A stretch of DNA of 64,000 nt from Macrostomum lignano (Eukaryota). The position numbers and the translations under genes were made by a program. Under the pieces are notes generated by a model. That model saw only the letters and a list, made by a program, of their open reading frames with translations, did not search any database and was not told the origin of the DNA. Position 1 is the stretch's first letter. Each line of letters begins with the position of its first letter. Shown here one piece after another: positions 37,108-50,519 of the stretch. The DNA is taken from the NCBI GenBank assembly GCA_002269645.1, contig NIVC01000245.1, forward strand, positions 682,001 through 746,000, in the 5' to 3' direction.

Positions 37108-38911
37108 CTAAACTTCTAGGTCAGTCACACTCACATTCGCATCGTCGTCTTGCTGATGACGCTCGGCCGCAGCTCTGTCCGTCGTGTCACTCTCCATCTC
37201 ATCGGACTGTCTCCCACTGTTAGCAAAATTTCTTCCATTGAGGGCCGTTGATGCGGTCGAGAAGCAGGCGAGCAGGCAGTCGTGAAGGAGTTCAACAGCT
37301 TCCAGCATGGTCAGCAGCGAGCAGCCAAGGTACAGACCGAGTAATCCACCTGTGTCAGCAATCAGGTTGATCAAATCGTAGGCCTTTTCAATCTGAACCG
37401 CTGAACCAAAGCTTTTCACAGTGTGCAGCCGTATACGCATCAGCTGGTCATGCATGTAACCCGAACCGATAACTATGTTGTGCGTGGTCAGGTTATTTAG
37501 CATTGAGGTAGCTATATTGCTCAAGTCATCGTAACCAGGAAATTTACACCAGGAAAAGTGCTCCTTTTTAGCTGAACTAACGTCTGAAAGTGTTCAATAA
37601 TTTCGTGCTGAAATGACGATAGAATGCGGGGCCAGTCGCTGAAAGAGTAGGTGTACTTGAAAATGTCAGTCTGACAGGGTCTTCGCTGGGTGCAGAACTG
37701 CTGAATCAACTTCTGGTCCAGATTCGTACTAAAATAAGCCCCTCTTTCTATTTCACTAAAAAACTGACCGACTGACACCTGACCACTGAAAACTCGACTG
37801 GCGTTCATGCAGTTGCTGGTGTTGATAAACTTCCGATCGCGAGGTAACAGGTGACTCACACAGCCGCTTTGCTGCATCAGGAGCTGGTTACTTCGTTCAG
37901 CCCGACAAAGGTACTCGCTGAATGCATAGGCCGTCTCGGTGTTATCGAACGGACTGATGATGTGACTGGGCTCAGGGCTACTCGAGCACTGCATTCCTTT
38001 GCCCAGAATGAGCCTCTCAATCTCGAGGTCGATTCGATAGTCTTTTCCAGCGCTGAGCTGAATCATAGACTCGGAGTCCGGATAGTGACCAGGTCGAACG
38101 AAGTAAACATTGACTCCGGCTCCAGAAACTAAGTTAATGCCATTCTGAAAATCCCAGGCGAGAAAGTTTATTCCAGTTGAGTTTGCGATCGGAATGGGGA
38201 GCAGTGAGGAGTTCTTGGGGAAGTCAAAGAATGTCCCATCCAAGAAGAGACCGACTTCCAGGTAACTGCCCTCAGTGCTCAGGATTTTTCTCTGGTCTGT
38301 AGTGGGCTCAATGCGAATGCAGTTTAGCTCCGATGGACTGTAAAACTTTTTTGCTGGAACGATGTCCCTGTGAAGACCGTTAAGAATTGTCAAGAAGAGA
38401 AACTGCAACAGCTGATGACCCATGGCCTGACTAACCAGTCGGTAAGGCATGGTTGCCAGAAGGGTCTTGGCTAGAATGCCAGTATACAATTGATTTGGTG
38501 GCACGCCCATCATCCCGATGAGCTGAGTGACATAGCTGTTTATTTCGGCTGTGTTGTTCGGGTCTAGAATGTACGGATAACTGCCCGACATGATGGCATT
38601 GTTGCAGATGACCAGATCGGGGAACTCGAACTCCACCGAGTTCTGCTGCAGCGTGGTGGTCTCTGGCTGCTCGTTGAAGGTTTTGATGAAGCTCTGCACC
38701 TGTGTAACAAAGCCGGTAAGGCAGAGCGCGAAGCCGACAAGCCAGATGACCTTGACGTAGATCGGACGGGACCCCACAAGTCTTCCGAGGCCGTGAGCCG
38801 TGGTGTCGCTCAGCCATGAGTGCACAGGCTGCGCCAGAAGTACTCGGAGTTGTTCGCTGGTCTGTTTTGATTCTTTTCGGTGAAATTTTCATCAGAATTT
38901 TCCTGCTTCAT
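37108..38911 (-). CDS. Intronless DEG/ENaC channel, copy 2; apparent frameshifts near 37540 and 38840
   Basis: Same motifs as copy 1. Adding one T in a T-run restores NFPGYDD (copy 1 has HFPGYDE). The start at 38911 (MKQENSDE) is inferred. Confidence 0.85.
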
Positions 38912-41639
38912 ATCGATTGAAAGCCAGATGATTTCAATGAAAATTTTGGGAAATGCGCGAGATTTATCTTGTCTATTCCTGCAGTGTCTTTTCCAATGGC
39001 GCTCCTCGGATTAGCTAGCTACATGTATATATTTATTGGGCTTCGTTAGTTCTCAAGGTTGCCCTAAAGAGCTTCTTGGCAAAAGACAAAGAATTAAATA
39101 TTGTTCTTGGGACTGTCAGGGAAGAGCCTTTAAGTACCTTGCTTTCTTTCTTAATTCTACTTCTTCCCTATGTTTGCATTTCTGAATGCAGCTAGCTCTG
39201 TTGCTCACGGCCTTCGCTTTGTTAAACAAAAGAATTCATGCATTGCAGCTGTGTAGCTGTCTACAGACGTCTTCTAACGACAGACTTTTCATAATGCTGT
39301 TGTTTGTTAGCGGTATGGTTTTGAATGTCAAATAAGGGAATAAAAATACGTGATTTCTTTGAGTCTTTGTCTGTCAGTCAATAATTTTGTTTCTCTGATA
39401 TCAGGTGGGTATATAAATGCATAATCACTTATAACAACCACAGTTTTTGCTACGAGTATGAACGTTTATATTTAATAATACAATTTATCATATAGAGCCG
39501 GACGTAAAAAATACACTACGTGCATGACGATTGATACGGAGTGCCATTTTTTGGAGGATCTTGCCGTCAATAGCATGTTCGTTGGCCAGCAGAAGCTGCG
39601 CTTCTCTTCTGATTTGAAGTTTAAAGGGCCTGTCAACTTAAGCTCACAAAGTGGAGTCCTTAATTACCTACTTGCTTGTTCTCTCCTATCCCAATTCCAA
39701 ATTTCGTCACTTTTTTTGCCAAACCCAGCTTCCTGGCTCCGAGTCCGGGCTTTATGAACTTAAGCTGACAGGCGATTCTGAGCCAACCTACATGACGGAC
39801 ACCCGGCTATGGTTCGGTGCAGCGGCATCTGTCAGCAGCTTCTTCCAGCCCTCCAGTTCATGATGCTCAGGCGCAAGTTCTGCAACTTCACAGCTTTGCA
39901 TGAACGATTTTGACTTTCCTGGGTCGTTGACTGATTGCCGGCACTTTTCTCATTGTCAACCGGCAACAGTGCGTCGAGCCGACAGCATCTAGTTCAACAC
40001 TAAGTCCGGGCTCATGAGCTTGTCAAGTGCCGTCGAAGAGTTGCAAATTTTCATCAACCAGTTTGCATCAACCAGACAAAATGTTATTTTTTAAAATGAA
40101 GGCACAAAAACTATATGCATTTTTGTATTTTCCAATCTTCTGAACTCTTTAGAAAGCTTATATTCTAAAGACGATGCAGCATTTAGTGCAGCTCAAAAGT
40201 TGGTGACTGGGGTGCTGGCGCAGTTCTTCTCTTTTGCTAGCGGCTCTTGCCAGTTATCGTTCTTCTGCTCGCGATTTCTGCTTTGGCTTTGGCTAAGGCT
40301 TTGTACACTCCATCCTGCTTTCGCCAGCTCTTTGTCGTGTTCATTGTTCTGCTCTTTGTTGGGTGGAGGCTGATGGCAAGCAGCTTACATGTGCTGTCAT
40401 TTTCTGAGGTGAACATCGGAACTTCTGTGCGATTTGTTTTTCTAGCAATATTCGATGTGATGAGTGTGCAGCACATTTTATACGAGCATATAATGAAAAA
40501 CTGAGATATTGTCATTTGACGGCCGGAAATCAACTGCCGACGATTTAGGTTAGTGTTAGGGTTAGAGTTTACGTTAGGGTCGTGGATTAAGCTAGGTTTA
40601 ATAGTAGAGTTAGGTTTAGGGTTATGACTATAGATGGCAGTCAAGTTGCCGCAGTCCTATGTCATCAATAGTCAGGTTTCTAGCAACAGGTATAGGCTGG
40701 AGCACATCGCTTGTGATCTTGTGAAGTCACAAGGAGTGCAACGTAATACTGCACTGGCTTACAGTTACGGGTAGTAACAATAAAGCATTTTTAATTACCA
40801 GGAAAATGGTTAACTATTGACTGTTGAGGCAAAAGTTTACCTGTGCACTTGGCTCTACCATGATGTCCTCTGTTTGAACAATTGGAATATTAAGAGCGTA
40901 ATAGATGCACCTGTAATAACTAATATAGTTTGCCAAGTGAGGTGCGAGCAAATGGTTAGTCTGGTTAAACTTGTAACCGAATGATTCTTTGTCTGTGTTC
41001 GAAGCAAATTCAGCGTCAGTCAATAAGAAACTTAAGAGTGTCACCCCTGGTAAGTCTGGCCAGGTAATTTTAGAAACAAGAACTGCTAGAAATCTTGCAA
41101 TACTTTTAAATCTTTCTGTGTAGTCCTGGCAGCTAATTTTTGTTATAATGCATAGAAAATTGATTGATTGATTATTCTTTCTAAGAATTACAAACGATAT
41201 CATAACTAACTGGCCGACAAAGAACCATGTTGCTAATTCAGAGAACTGTATTCTACTCGTGCTCAGGCCTCTGGGTATTTCCTAGACAACTTGAAGTACA
41301 GCGCCTGTTTAAAAAGCATCCTAACAACCTCATTTACCAATAAAAATTCACAAACAAGACAAAGACAAAGCAAGACAAATTGTCGCAAAAATATTTGTCG
41401 TCAAAAGCTCTGACGCCACTATAGTACCTCGTAAGGCTGTCTGTGTTTACATCTGTGCAGTCTCGCGTCTTTAGCTCCCTTATCCCAAATCCAAATGCCT
41501 CGCTACTCTACTGCTTTCTACTAAAAGAATCATTTTGACTTTCAAATTTGCGTCATCATTGCGGACTCATTTTCTGTCAATTCTCCAAGAAGCAGATGTG
41601 ATGGAAATTCACTCTTCTTTTCTATCTATTGCCCTACAC

Positions 41640-42126
41640 ATTGTGCTGCGGTGTCGCACAGGGAGATCCGATGGTGCCGATGTCCGCAGCGCGGTCTCCC
41701 TCCGGAGAGTCCAGAAAGTGGATGGTCGCTCGCCCAGTAGTGCATAGATGGCGGACGAGCTGGCAGAAATTCTCGGACCTGAAAACATCGGAGAGTACGC
41801 TCGTAATTAAACAGCTTTCAGCGAAGCGATGCCATGGCAAAACAGCCACGGCCTGAAAGGGCCCATGATTACTGCCTGATGTCCTTGCGGTTGAGTCCAA
41901 GCAGGGCCCTGCGGAGGGCGGGGGAAGGACAGGGGACAGCCGCGCGGGATTGCCGGCAGTCTGGGGCAAGGAGAGGTGGAAGCCACCTACTGGTTGATCC
42001 GAGTGGTGAAAACGGTGGTGGGGGTGGGGCCACGGCGACCAGTAAAAGACTCGGTCGAGCCAGCCTTGGCCAGGCGATAGGCCAACTTTTACCGTAGCCC
42101 CAGCTCCTATAGAAGCCCGGGGACAT
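41640..42126 (-). mobile_element. Degenerate 3' fragment of a LINE related to the 2897-7068 element
   Basis: [33 protein letters not shown] and VLSDVFR..TGRA match the C-terminus of the 5452-6951 ORF. Confidence 0.8.
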
Positions 42127-42623
42127 TCTATAGGAGCTTCAGGAGGACAATTCGTACCTTAGGGACACGTCGTGCTCGGCTCGTAGCATTAAGGCTCGTA
42201 GCATTCTCTCGAAAGTCAAGTTTGGCGTGTTGCTAATTGCTAATAAAAGTAAATGTTGCGTGTAATAGAGTGTACTCAACACTAGGACAGTTCAGTTAGT
42301 GCATAATAAAATTGATGCTTCGTGATTTTATACAGACTGCCATTGTATTTTTACTGCATCCACTTTTTGGAGGTGTAAAAAGTGATATTTGTAGAGCTTT
42401 ATAAGTCAAAAGCGCCAATACATTGTAGTTCTATAAAAATATTTTATTTGAAAATTATTTGACAAAGCCAAAGAGATCAAATTAGTCTGTGACATGTGCA
42501 ATTTGGCAAACTATTGAGCCATTTCGATTTAAATACTCGAAATTTTAATTTGAAAATTAATGCACTTTGACAACAAGTCCGGCAAACTTGATTACAAAAT
42601 ATAGTTTGTTATAATCAGTCAAA

Positions 42624-45600
42624 TTAATCAACGGCAAAATGCTTTCGAAACAAATCCGGGTGATGAACGCGGAACTGATTCAGTCTATCCTGCCTGGCTT
42701 GCTCATTGCTGCCAGCCTCCTCTAGCAGACGCTGCATCAAATCAACCAGAGCAGCTTCCGTTGTTGTTCGACTCGTCTGTTGAGCCTCTTCCGTTCTGAG
42801 CAGATTTCCTGGCTGCTCCTGCGACTGCGCCTGTTTGGGCATCAGCGTCAAGCGTTGCTGCCGCTTCCGAAGTCGCGACAGCAGCTTGGCGCGCTGGTAA
42901 ATGTCCATGGGCAGGCGGAACAGCCGGCTCCAGTTGCCCAGAGCCAAGCTGAACAAGCAGCGAACTCGCTGACGCCACTGCCGGATGCTGGATGATGCAG
43001 CTGCTGAGCGATCCTTTGGGTGTGGGTTTTTTGAGGGTTGGAAAATGATTAATTGATTTAAATAAGCGATGTCAGATCGACTGTAGCATCGATGCCTGCA
43101 GAATCGTTATTTGTCAGTGCTTCACGACATCGTGAAAAATCTCCAAACACGAGGGGGCGTTGACCCAGTGGTCTAGTCGCGGCTCTCTGATGTACCAGCG
43201 GCCCAGGCTCGATTTCAAGTGCAGTCACATTAATTTGGAACTGAATTAGAATCTCGGCTTGGCTCTGCTCGTGCAACTAACGCCCTTAAGAGGGCCAACC
43301 CTCAAGGCGCTTGTGTGCCTGCTCAGGGGAGTCGGTGGAATGGACAGTGATGCCTCTAGTCGGTTGTGTGACAATGTCGCTTAAAGGGCGCCAGGGTGCA
43401 CACAGCCCTTGCCCTTGAACACTAACAAACTAAACCTCGCGACTTCAGCAACTCTTTATTCATTCAACAGAAAAGAGGTTTTACCGCATTCTCGTGTCGC
43501 AGCTGTTGCCAAGCCCAGCCGTGTCGAGAGTCGGCTAGAAGCAGCTCGGCAAGCTGATTCAGCAAGTGCTGCTGTTGCTGATCCTGATCCTGATGATCCT
43601 GATGACAGCAGCATTCCACGTAAGCTAGCAGGTTCTCAGACAGTTGACGGTGCCGAAGACTAAGCAGACAGAATGCCATTTGCAGTACCCGACAGAAAAA
43701 CTCGGATTCTTCGCTGGTTGACAGCGGTGGCGGTGACGGCTGGACCAGTAGCGCTGCGAAGACGTGACGCAGCTTCGACCAGCCGAGAGGATCCGGCAGC
43801 CGACCCAGCAAATTAATTAACCGCTGCAGCGTCAGAGGATGCCTGCTGGGCGAGTTGCGTCCGCCGCCAGTTGCTTGCAAGTCGTGAGAGAGTTGGCTGG
43901 CCAAAAATTCGCGAAACTTCGGCATTGACGATGAGTTCGACGGAATGGACGCTGTCGGAAACATTAACGACTGGCAGCGGCGTTGCTGCTGAGGTGGAAC
44001 TGAGGCGTGCTGCTGAAGGTCTAGGAAGCTTGACGTTGCGCAGCGAGAGCCACGTCGAGGTGACGCCGGTTTAGTGGCAGAATCCGACTGAAGCTCTTCA
44101 ATGTGAGCCAGCTCGTCAATCACTGGCAGGTCAATCAGGCGTAGCAGACGCTGCAGGCACAAATGATGGATGCACTCGTCCAGGTAGGAGGTGGCGTTCG
44201 ATGGATCGTGGCAAGTGTAGAGCTCATCTAAAAGGATGCAACAGTATAGCTCCCTGAAATTCCTTCATCTACTTAATCAACAGTGTTTATTAGTTCTGCA
44301 ATTTAGTTCCCTTGGATTTTCAAGCAATCCAAGCACTGATACCGAATTTACGAATACTTTATTTCGTAACCAACATTTAAGCCATCTCCAGACAGTCACC
44401 AACACGTCAGACAGCCACCAACACATTAATCACGATTCCCGTTGAAAGTAAAACTCAATACTGAGCACTAAATACTCGTACCTCTCAAAGTGATCTCAAG
44501 GGCCGAAATCGATGCATCGCCTCGACCATCCGTCTGTTCGATGAAGCCTTTCGGCCTCGATATCTCAGCGAAGCCGCCTCCTCCATCTTTGCGTCGTTTT
44601 TCCACTGGAGAATCGTCGCCTCGGTATTGGTTGTGCTGTGACGAATCGACTGACTCGATGTCAACCTTCGCTGCGCCAGAAACGACTTGTTCTTCTTCAT
44701 CAACGACGTGCTCTTCGTCGAGTTGTTCGTCAAGCTCGAGTTCAAGGCCTCGGCCAGTGCCAGCCAGGCAGGAGGCGGAGCGGACGTGCTGCAGTCGGCT
44801 GGACAGTCGGCTGGGGGCGCCGCGAAGCAGCCCGCGCACCGCCTGGCCACCGCCGGTCAGCAATCGGCGGAGCAGCTTTTTGGGAGAGGGAAAAACGATT
44901 CGACAGAAATTCTCGGATTTTACTACTACTGTTAGTAACTGTTAGGGAGCTTTAAAACAAAAAGCTTAGCGTCTCTCCAAAGAGTTGGGCGTCCCTCTAA
45001 TGAGTTTGGCGCCCCTCTAATGAGTTTTGGCACCCCTCTAATGAGTTTGGCGCCCTTCTAATGAGTTTGGCACCCCTCTAATGAGTTTGGCGCCCCTCTA
45101 ATGAGTTTGGCGCCCTTCCAATGAGTTTGGCACCCCTCTATTGAGTTTGGCGCCCCTCTAATAAGTTTGGCGCCCCTCTAATGAGTTTGGCGCCCCTCTA
45201 ATGAGTTTGGCGCCCCTCTAATAAGTTTGGCGTCCCTCTATTGAGTTTGGCGCCCCTCTAATAAGTTTGGCGCCCCTCTAATGAGTTTGGCGCCCCTCTA
45301 ATGTGTTTGGCGTCGCTCTAATGAGTTTGGCGCCCTTCTAATGAATTTGGCACCCCTCTAATGAGTTTGGCACTCCTCTAATGAGTTTGGCACCTCTCTA
45401 ATGAGTTTGGCACCTCTCTAATGAGTTTGGCGCCCCTATGAAGAGTTTGGCGCCCCTCAAATAAGTTTGGCACCTCTCTAAGAACTTTAACGCCCCAAAG
45501 GGCATTACCTTGACCTGTTTTAGCCGAAGCCCAGATGCATAATTTTTGTGTTGCATGTCGAATTTCTGTCCAGAATCAGCCTCAGCAGTCGAGCCAACTT

Positions 45601-45950
45601 CAACAAACGGCTGTACAGAAGGACTCGAAGTGTTCAGCCGATAAAACCTGTTGCTTTTGGCTTCAAATTTGGTAGAATTTGAGCTGCCGCCGCAGGAGAG
45701 GAGGGTGCCGGAGTCCAATAGGCCTTGACAGACAGACTGAGCTCGAGAGTGACTGTCCGTCTGGCTGACTGATGCTGACGCTTCAGACGATGTCAGTTGA
45801 AGGTATTCAATAGCAGCAGTGTGCAGCTGCTTGCCTGAACGTTTCAGATCAGTTTGAATTGAGGGAAACAGGCAGCCAAGGAGCTGCTTCCACTGGCGAG
45901 TGGCTCTGAACTGCTGCTGGCTTCCTGTGGATGAAGGACGACGGTTTTAA
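42624..45950 (-). CDS. Unidentified multi-exon protein-coding gene (approximate exons 45510-45950, 44480-44880, 43490-44225, 42624-43020)
   Basis: Long GC-richer open stretches with Q/S/E-rich and helical segments, separated by AT-rich or repeat-filled introns, ending FRVHHPDLFRKHFAVD*. No family recognised. Confidence 0.5.
43153..43420 (+). mobile_element. tRNA-derived SINE, copy 2 (intronic, antisense to the host gene)
   Basis: Homologous to 12820-13194 over the head (CCCAGGCTCGATT..AAGTGCAGTCACATTAATTTGG) and core (GCCTGCTCAGGGGAGTCGG). Confidence 0.7.
44985..45480. repeat. 20-bp minisatellite (ATGAGTTTGGCGCCCCTCTA)n
   Basis: About 25 tandem units. Confidence 0.95.
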
Positions 45951-45984
45951 TAACTGCAATATGTATCGGCTTCCCCAGTGTCAG

Positions 45985-46885
45985 CTGTTAGTGTTAGATA
46001 GGAATGTGTCAGCTGTTAGATAGCAATGTGTCAGCTGTTAGATAGCAATGTGTCAGCTGTTAGATAGGAATGTGTCAGCTGTTAGTGTTAGATAGGAATG
46101 TGTCAGCTGTTAGAAAGGAATGTGTCAGCTGTTAGATAGCAATGTGTCAGCTGTTAGATAGGAATGTGTCAGCTGTTAGATAGGAATGTGTCAGCTGTTA
46201 GATAGCAATGTGTCAGCTGTTAGATAGCAATGTGTCAGCTGTTAGATAGCAATGTGTCAGCTGTTACATAGCAATGTGTCAGCTGTTAGATAGCAATGTG
46301 TCAGCTGTTAGATATCAATGTGTCAGCTGTTAGATAGGAATTTGTCAGCTGTTAGATAGCAATGTGTCAGCTGTTAGATAGGAATGTGTCAGCTGTTAGA
46401 TAGGAATGTGTCAGTTGTTAGATAGCAATGTGTCAGCTGTTAGATAGCAATGTGTCAGCTGTTAGATAGCAATGTGTCAGCTGTTAGAAAGCAATGTGTC
46501 AGCTGTTACATAGCAATGTGTCAGCTGTTAGATAGCAATGTGTCAGCTGTTAGATATCAATGTGTCAGCTGTTAGATAGGAATTTGTCAGCTGTTAGATA
46601 GCAATGTGTCAGCTGTTAGATAGGAATGTGTCAGCTGTTAGATAGGAATGTGTCAGTTGTTAGATAGCAATGTGTCAGCTGTTAGATAGCAATGTGTCAG
46701 CTGTTAGATAGCAATGTGTCAGCTGTTAGAAAGCAATGTGTCAGCTGTTACATAGCAATGTGTCAGCTGTTAGATAGCAATGTGTCAGCTGTTAGATATC
46801 AATGTGTCAGCTGTTAGATAGGAATTTGTCAGCTGTTAGATAGCAATGCGCAGCTGTTAGATAGGAATGTGTCAGTTGTTAGGCA
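45985..46885. repeat. 22-bp minisatellite (TGTGTCAGCTGTTAGATAGCAA)n
   Basis: About 40 tandem units with higher-order variant blocks. Confidence 0.95.
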
Positions 46886-47569
46886 GCAAAACCAATTTAC
46901 ACAGGTATTTATTCTCATAAAATAATGTTACCTGTTCGACCTGTTACATGTTAGATGTTGAGATAATTGTAAACTGACAGAAATCCCAATGAAAGGAGAA
47001 AATTCACTCACGAAGTCCTGAACTGGGTGCCTCGGAGGAGGCATTGTAAGAGGCTTCAAAATCAGTCTGTCCGATTGTGAACATTTTTTTAAATATTTTG
47101 AATGTGAAATTATTTAATGTGAAATTAGACAGGGCGAGGCTTTTATAACGACTGGGCATGGGTCAGGGAGGGTTGTACAATTTATCATGCAACAAAAGCG
47201 ATAGTTTTTTAATTGGATGCACGATGGACTCGCCTCATAAACCATTTGGTCAGTTGTTCTATCGATGTACATATGGATATGTACAATTGAGGTGTGTACA
47301 GCATGATCTACATTGTAACGAAGATGGTTTTAAAAGCTAAGTAGTTGTGCAAGTGACTTGTAACTTTCTTCTATTGTACCTTTTTGATGTATTCTAATTG
47401 ATTAACTCTAATTAAAAGGAAGTAGTTATATTTAATTAGAAAAAGTAATTACCTTTAATTAAAGAGAAGTAATTACCATCAGTTAAAGAAAAGTAATTAC
47501 CTTTAATGAGAGAGGAGTAATTACGGTAAATTAGAGAAGAGAATTAATTAATTAAAAAAGCGAGGAGGA

Positions 47570-47895
47570 GTCACCTGTTAGACAAAGAGAAAACACCTAT
47601 TAGACACACAAGAGACACTTGTTAAACAGAGAGGAGACACCTGTTAGACACAGAGGAGTCACCTGTTAGACACAGATGAGTCACCTGTTAGACACACAGG
47701 AGTCACCTGTTAGACACAGAGGAGTCACCTGTTAGACACACAGGAGTCACCTGTTAGACACAGATGAGTCACCTGTTAGACACAGATGAGTCACCTGTTA
47801 GACACACAGGAGTCACCTGTTAGACACAGATGAGTCACCTGTTAGACACAGAGGAGTCACCTGTTAGACGCAGAGTAGACACCTGTTAGACACAG
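47570..47895. repeat. 22-bp minisatellite (AGTCACCTGTTAGACACAGAGG)n
   Basis: Tandem units. Confidence 0.9.
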
Positions 47896-48957
47896 AAACT
47901 TGTAAAACTGACTTCTTGGATATTCTAAATATTTTTTAGTTCCCTGTAAATCCCTGGTAAACAAGAGGCCTGATAATTATGAAAGAAACATCGATAATAA
48001 CTCATTTCTTACAGGTCTCGGAGGTCACGGATACCATAAAAATCGATAGAAGAAAACAAGCAAAAAATCGCTTGCACAATTGCAACTTGATTTCGGTTGA
48101 ATTTATTTCTGCTTTTAACAACCCGCCACGTCCCGTGAATAAGTACCTAATGACACTCTAATAGTACGTACCCCATGGGATTAGAAATTACGAGCGTAGG
48201 AGCTCTTACTCCCACTCGATCGGTATAAAGTACGAATCGAAAAATCCGTAATTTTCAATCAGTCGATTTTCTCAACACAACTACAGCCGAAAATGTCGAT
48301 TTTTCAACGTTTGCGAATTTTACAAACAATTTTTTATTTTTACAGCCTGGCTACTCTACTTGTTAGTAGTAGTGCAAACATTTACGCCGGGAAATATGAG
48401 TATCGAGAGAGCAAGAATTAATTGCTCATCGGTGAATTATCAGAGCCGATCTTGTATGTTGTATCTGCTCAGAAGTCAGCAGAATGGGCAGAGTTGCCGT
48501 CAGTCAGCGCTTATTCTTTATTCTCACATAGAATTAATCTAAGAACACCCAGTTACTCCAGCTGCATCTTTGACTATTTAACTGTCGACCCGCTGGGCCT
48601 GAGGCTGTGCGGTCAGACGGTTCCGAGACCTCTGACTGTACCAGGTGGCCGATTCCAACTGAGCTTTCGAGCCTTATTCAAAAATGGCAATGGTGCTGAA
48701 CGTCCGGTATGAAATGGGAATCCTTTTTTTAGTTTTCTATACGATACTACTATGAGTATTTTAATTGAAAAAAACCGTAAAATCTAAAAATAAAGAATTT
48801 TGTGATTTTACTTTAAGCGCCAATGACTGTAAAAATGTTATTATAATATCAGTGTTAAAGACTACTAGTTCTAATACTCAAGGACAACTAATTAAAATGT
48901 TCAAGGACTACTACATGTAATTTAAATGGTCAGGCACTACTAATTTTTAACTCACAG

Positions 48958-50238
48958 CCTCCGACATCAAAGTCACCATTGCCAACGCAGCACCCAAGCA
49001 CCTGCGGCATTTCGGCTGTAGGCGATTATCTGTTTCTTAGAAAACCAATATTTAAAAAAGTGCCAAAAGCAAACAGCGCCGACAATACAATTGTGGGCGG
49101 GCAGCCGTCCGGCCGGAACAGATGGCCTTGGATGGTCAGCCTGAAGTACCTGGGCTCAGAGCGGTGCGGCGCCACCCTCATCACTGACCGGCACGTCCGG
49201 CACTGCCGGTCACTGCTTCAAGGATTTGTGAGCTGCACATTACGTCTAAGAATTTCTTTGATACTAATCCGCCCTCTCCCTCACCGAAAATCCGCCCTCT
49301 CCCTTACCGAAAATCCGCCCTCTCCCTCACCGAAAATCCGCTCTCTCCCTCACCGAAAATCCGCTCTCTCCCTCACCGAAAATCCGCTCTCTCCCTCACC
49401 GAAAATCCGCTCTCTCCCTCACCGAAATCCACCCCTCCTTCACCGAAAATCCGCTCTCTCCCTCACCGAAAATCCGCTCTCTTCTGTTCACTAATTCGCC
49501 CTCTCCTGTTCACTAATCCGCCCTCTCCTGTTTACTAATCCGCTCTCTCCTGTTCACTAATTTGCCCTCTCCTGTTCACTAATCCGCCCTCTCCTGTTTA
49601 CTAATCCGCTCTCTCCTGTTTACTAATCCGCTCTCTCCTGTTCACTAATCCGCTCTCTCCTGTTCACTAATCCGCTCTCTCCTATTTACTAATCCGCTCT
49701 CTCCTGTTTACTAATCCGCTCTCTCCTGTTTACTAATCCGCTCTCTCCTGTTCACTAATCCGCCCTCTCCTGTTTACTAATCCGCTCTCTCCTGTTTACT
49801 AATCCGCTCTCTCCTGTTCACTAATCCGCTCTCTCCTGTTTACTAATCCGCTCTCTACTCCAATCCGCTCTCTACTCCAATCCGCTCTCTACTCCAATCC
49901 GCTCTCTACTCCAATCCGCTCTCTACTCCAATCCGCTCTCTATTCCAATCCGCTCTCTACTCCAATCCGCTCTCTATTCCAATCCGCTCTCTACTCCAAT
50001 CCGCTCTCTACTCCAATCCGCTCTCTACTCCAATCCGCTCTTTACTCCAATCCGCTCTCTACTCCAATCAAGTTTCTTCTATCTATAATCTTTTTAAGGC
50101 ATTTTATCTAGGCAAACAAAATCGCGCCAACTTAAATCTTGAAATCCAATTTCAGCCGCCAAAGTTTTCGGAGTCTACGCCAGAGCTGACGGAGAGATCA
50201 AACGCTGGATTGAATTGGTGACTGGGCGTCCCCTGTGA
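48958..50238 (+). pseudogene. Trypsin-like serine protease paralog 1, lacking the catalytic Asp and Ser exons
   Basis: Exon 48958-49227 (CG..IVGG..WPWMVSL..CGATLI..TAGHC, with a frameshift before TAGHC) and last exon 50156-50238 (FGVYARADG..KRWI*). Only satellite lies between them. Possible signal exon near 48346-48500. Confidence 0.75.
49262..50068. repeat. Compound minisatellite with AATCCGCTCTCT core (23-, 22- and 17-bp sub-arrays)
   Basis: Three abutting arrays inside the protease intron. Confidence 0.93.
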
Positions 50239-50519
50239 ACTCGCTGAATAATATTAGCCATGCTCTTACTGTGCTACTAGTCAGTAAGCTATTGAAAAAA
50301 ATCAAATAAAGTTTTGATTGTTCCTGAGATAAACAATAGCTCTATTAATTGTTAATGATTTATTTTTTCATATGTTCCAATTCTTTTCCCTATTTTTCAT
50401 CTGTAATAGCAAGAAAATGATATTTTAAAGCATTAAAGTACATTTGATTTTATGAGCTGAAGTACTGTAAAAATAAAATATACAAATTTAGCTTCATTCC
50501 TGTCATTCTCTTTTTGTTG

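Noticed and set aside
39500-40520. Possible coding exons on the minus strand
   Set aside because: GC-richer patches, but I could not build a consistent reading frame or splice model.
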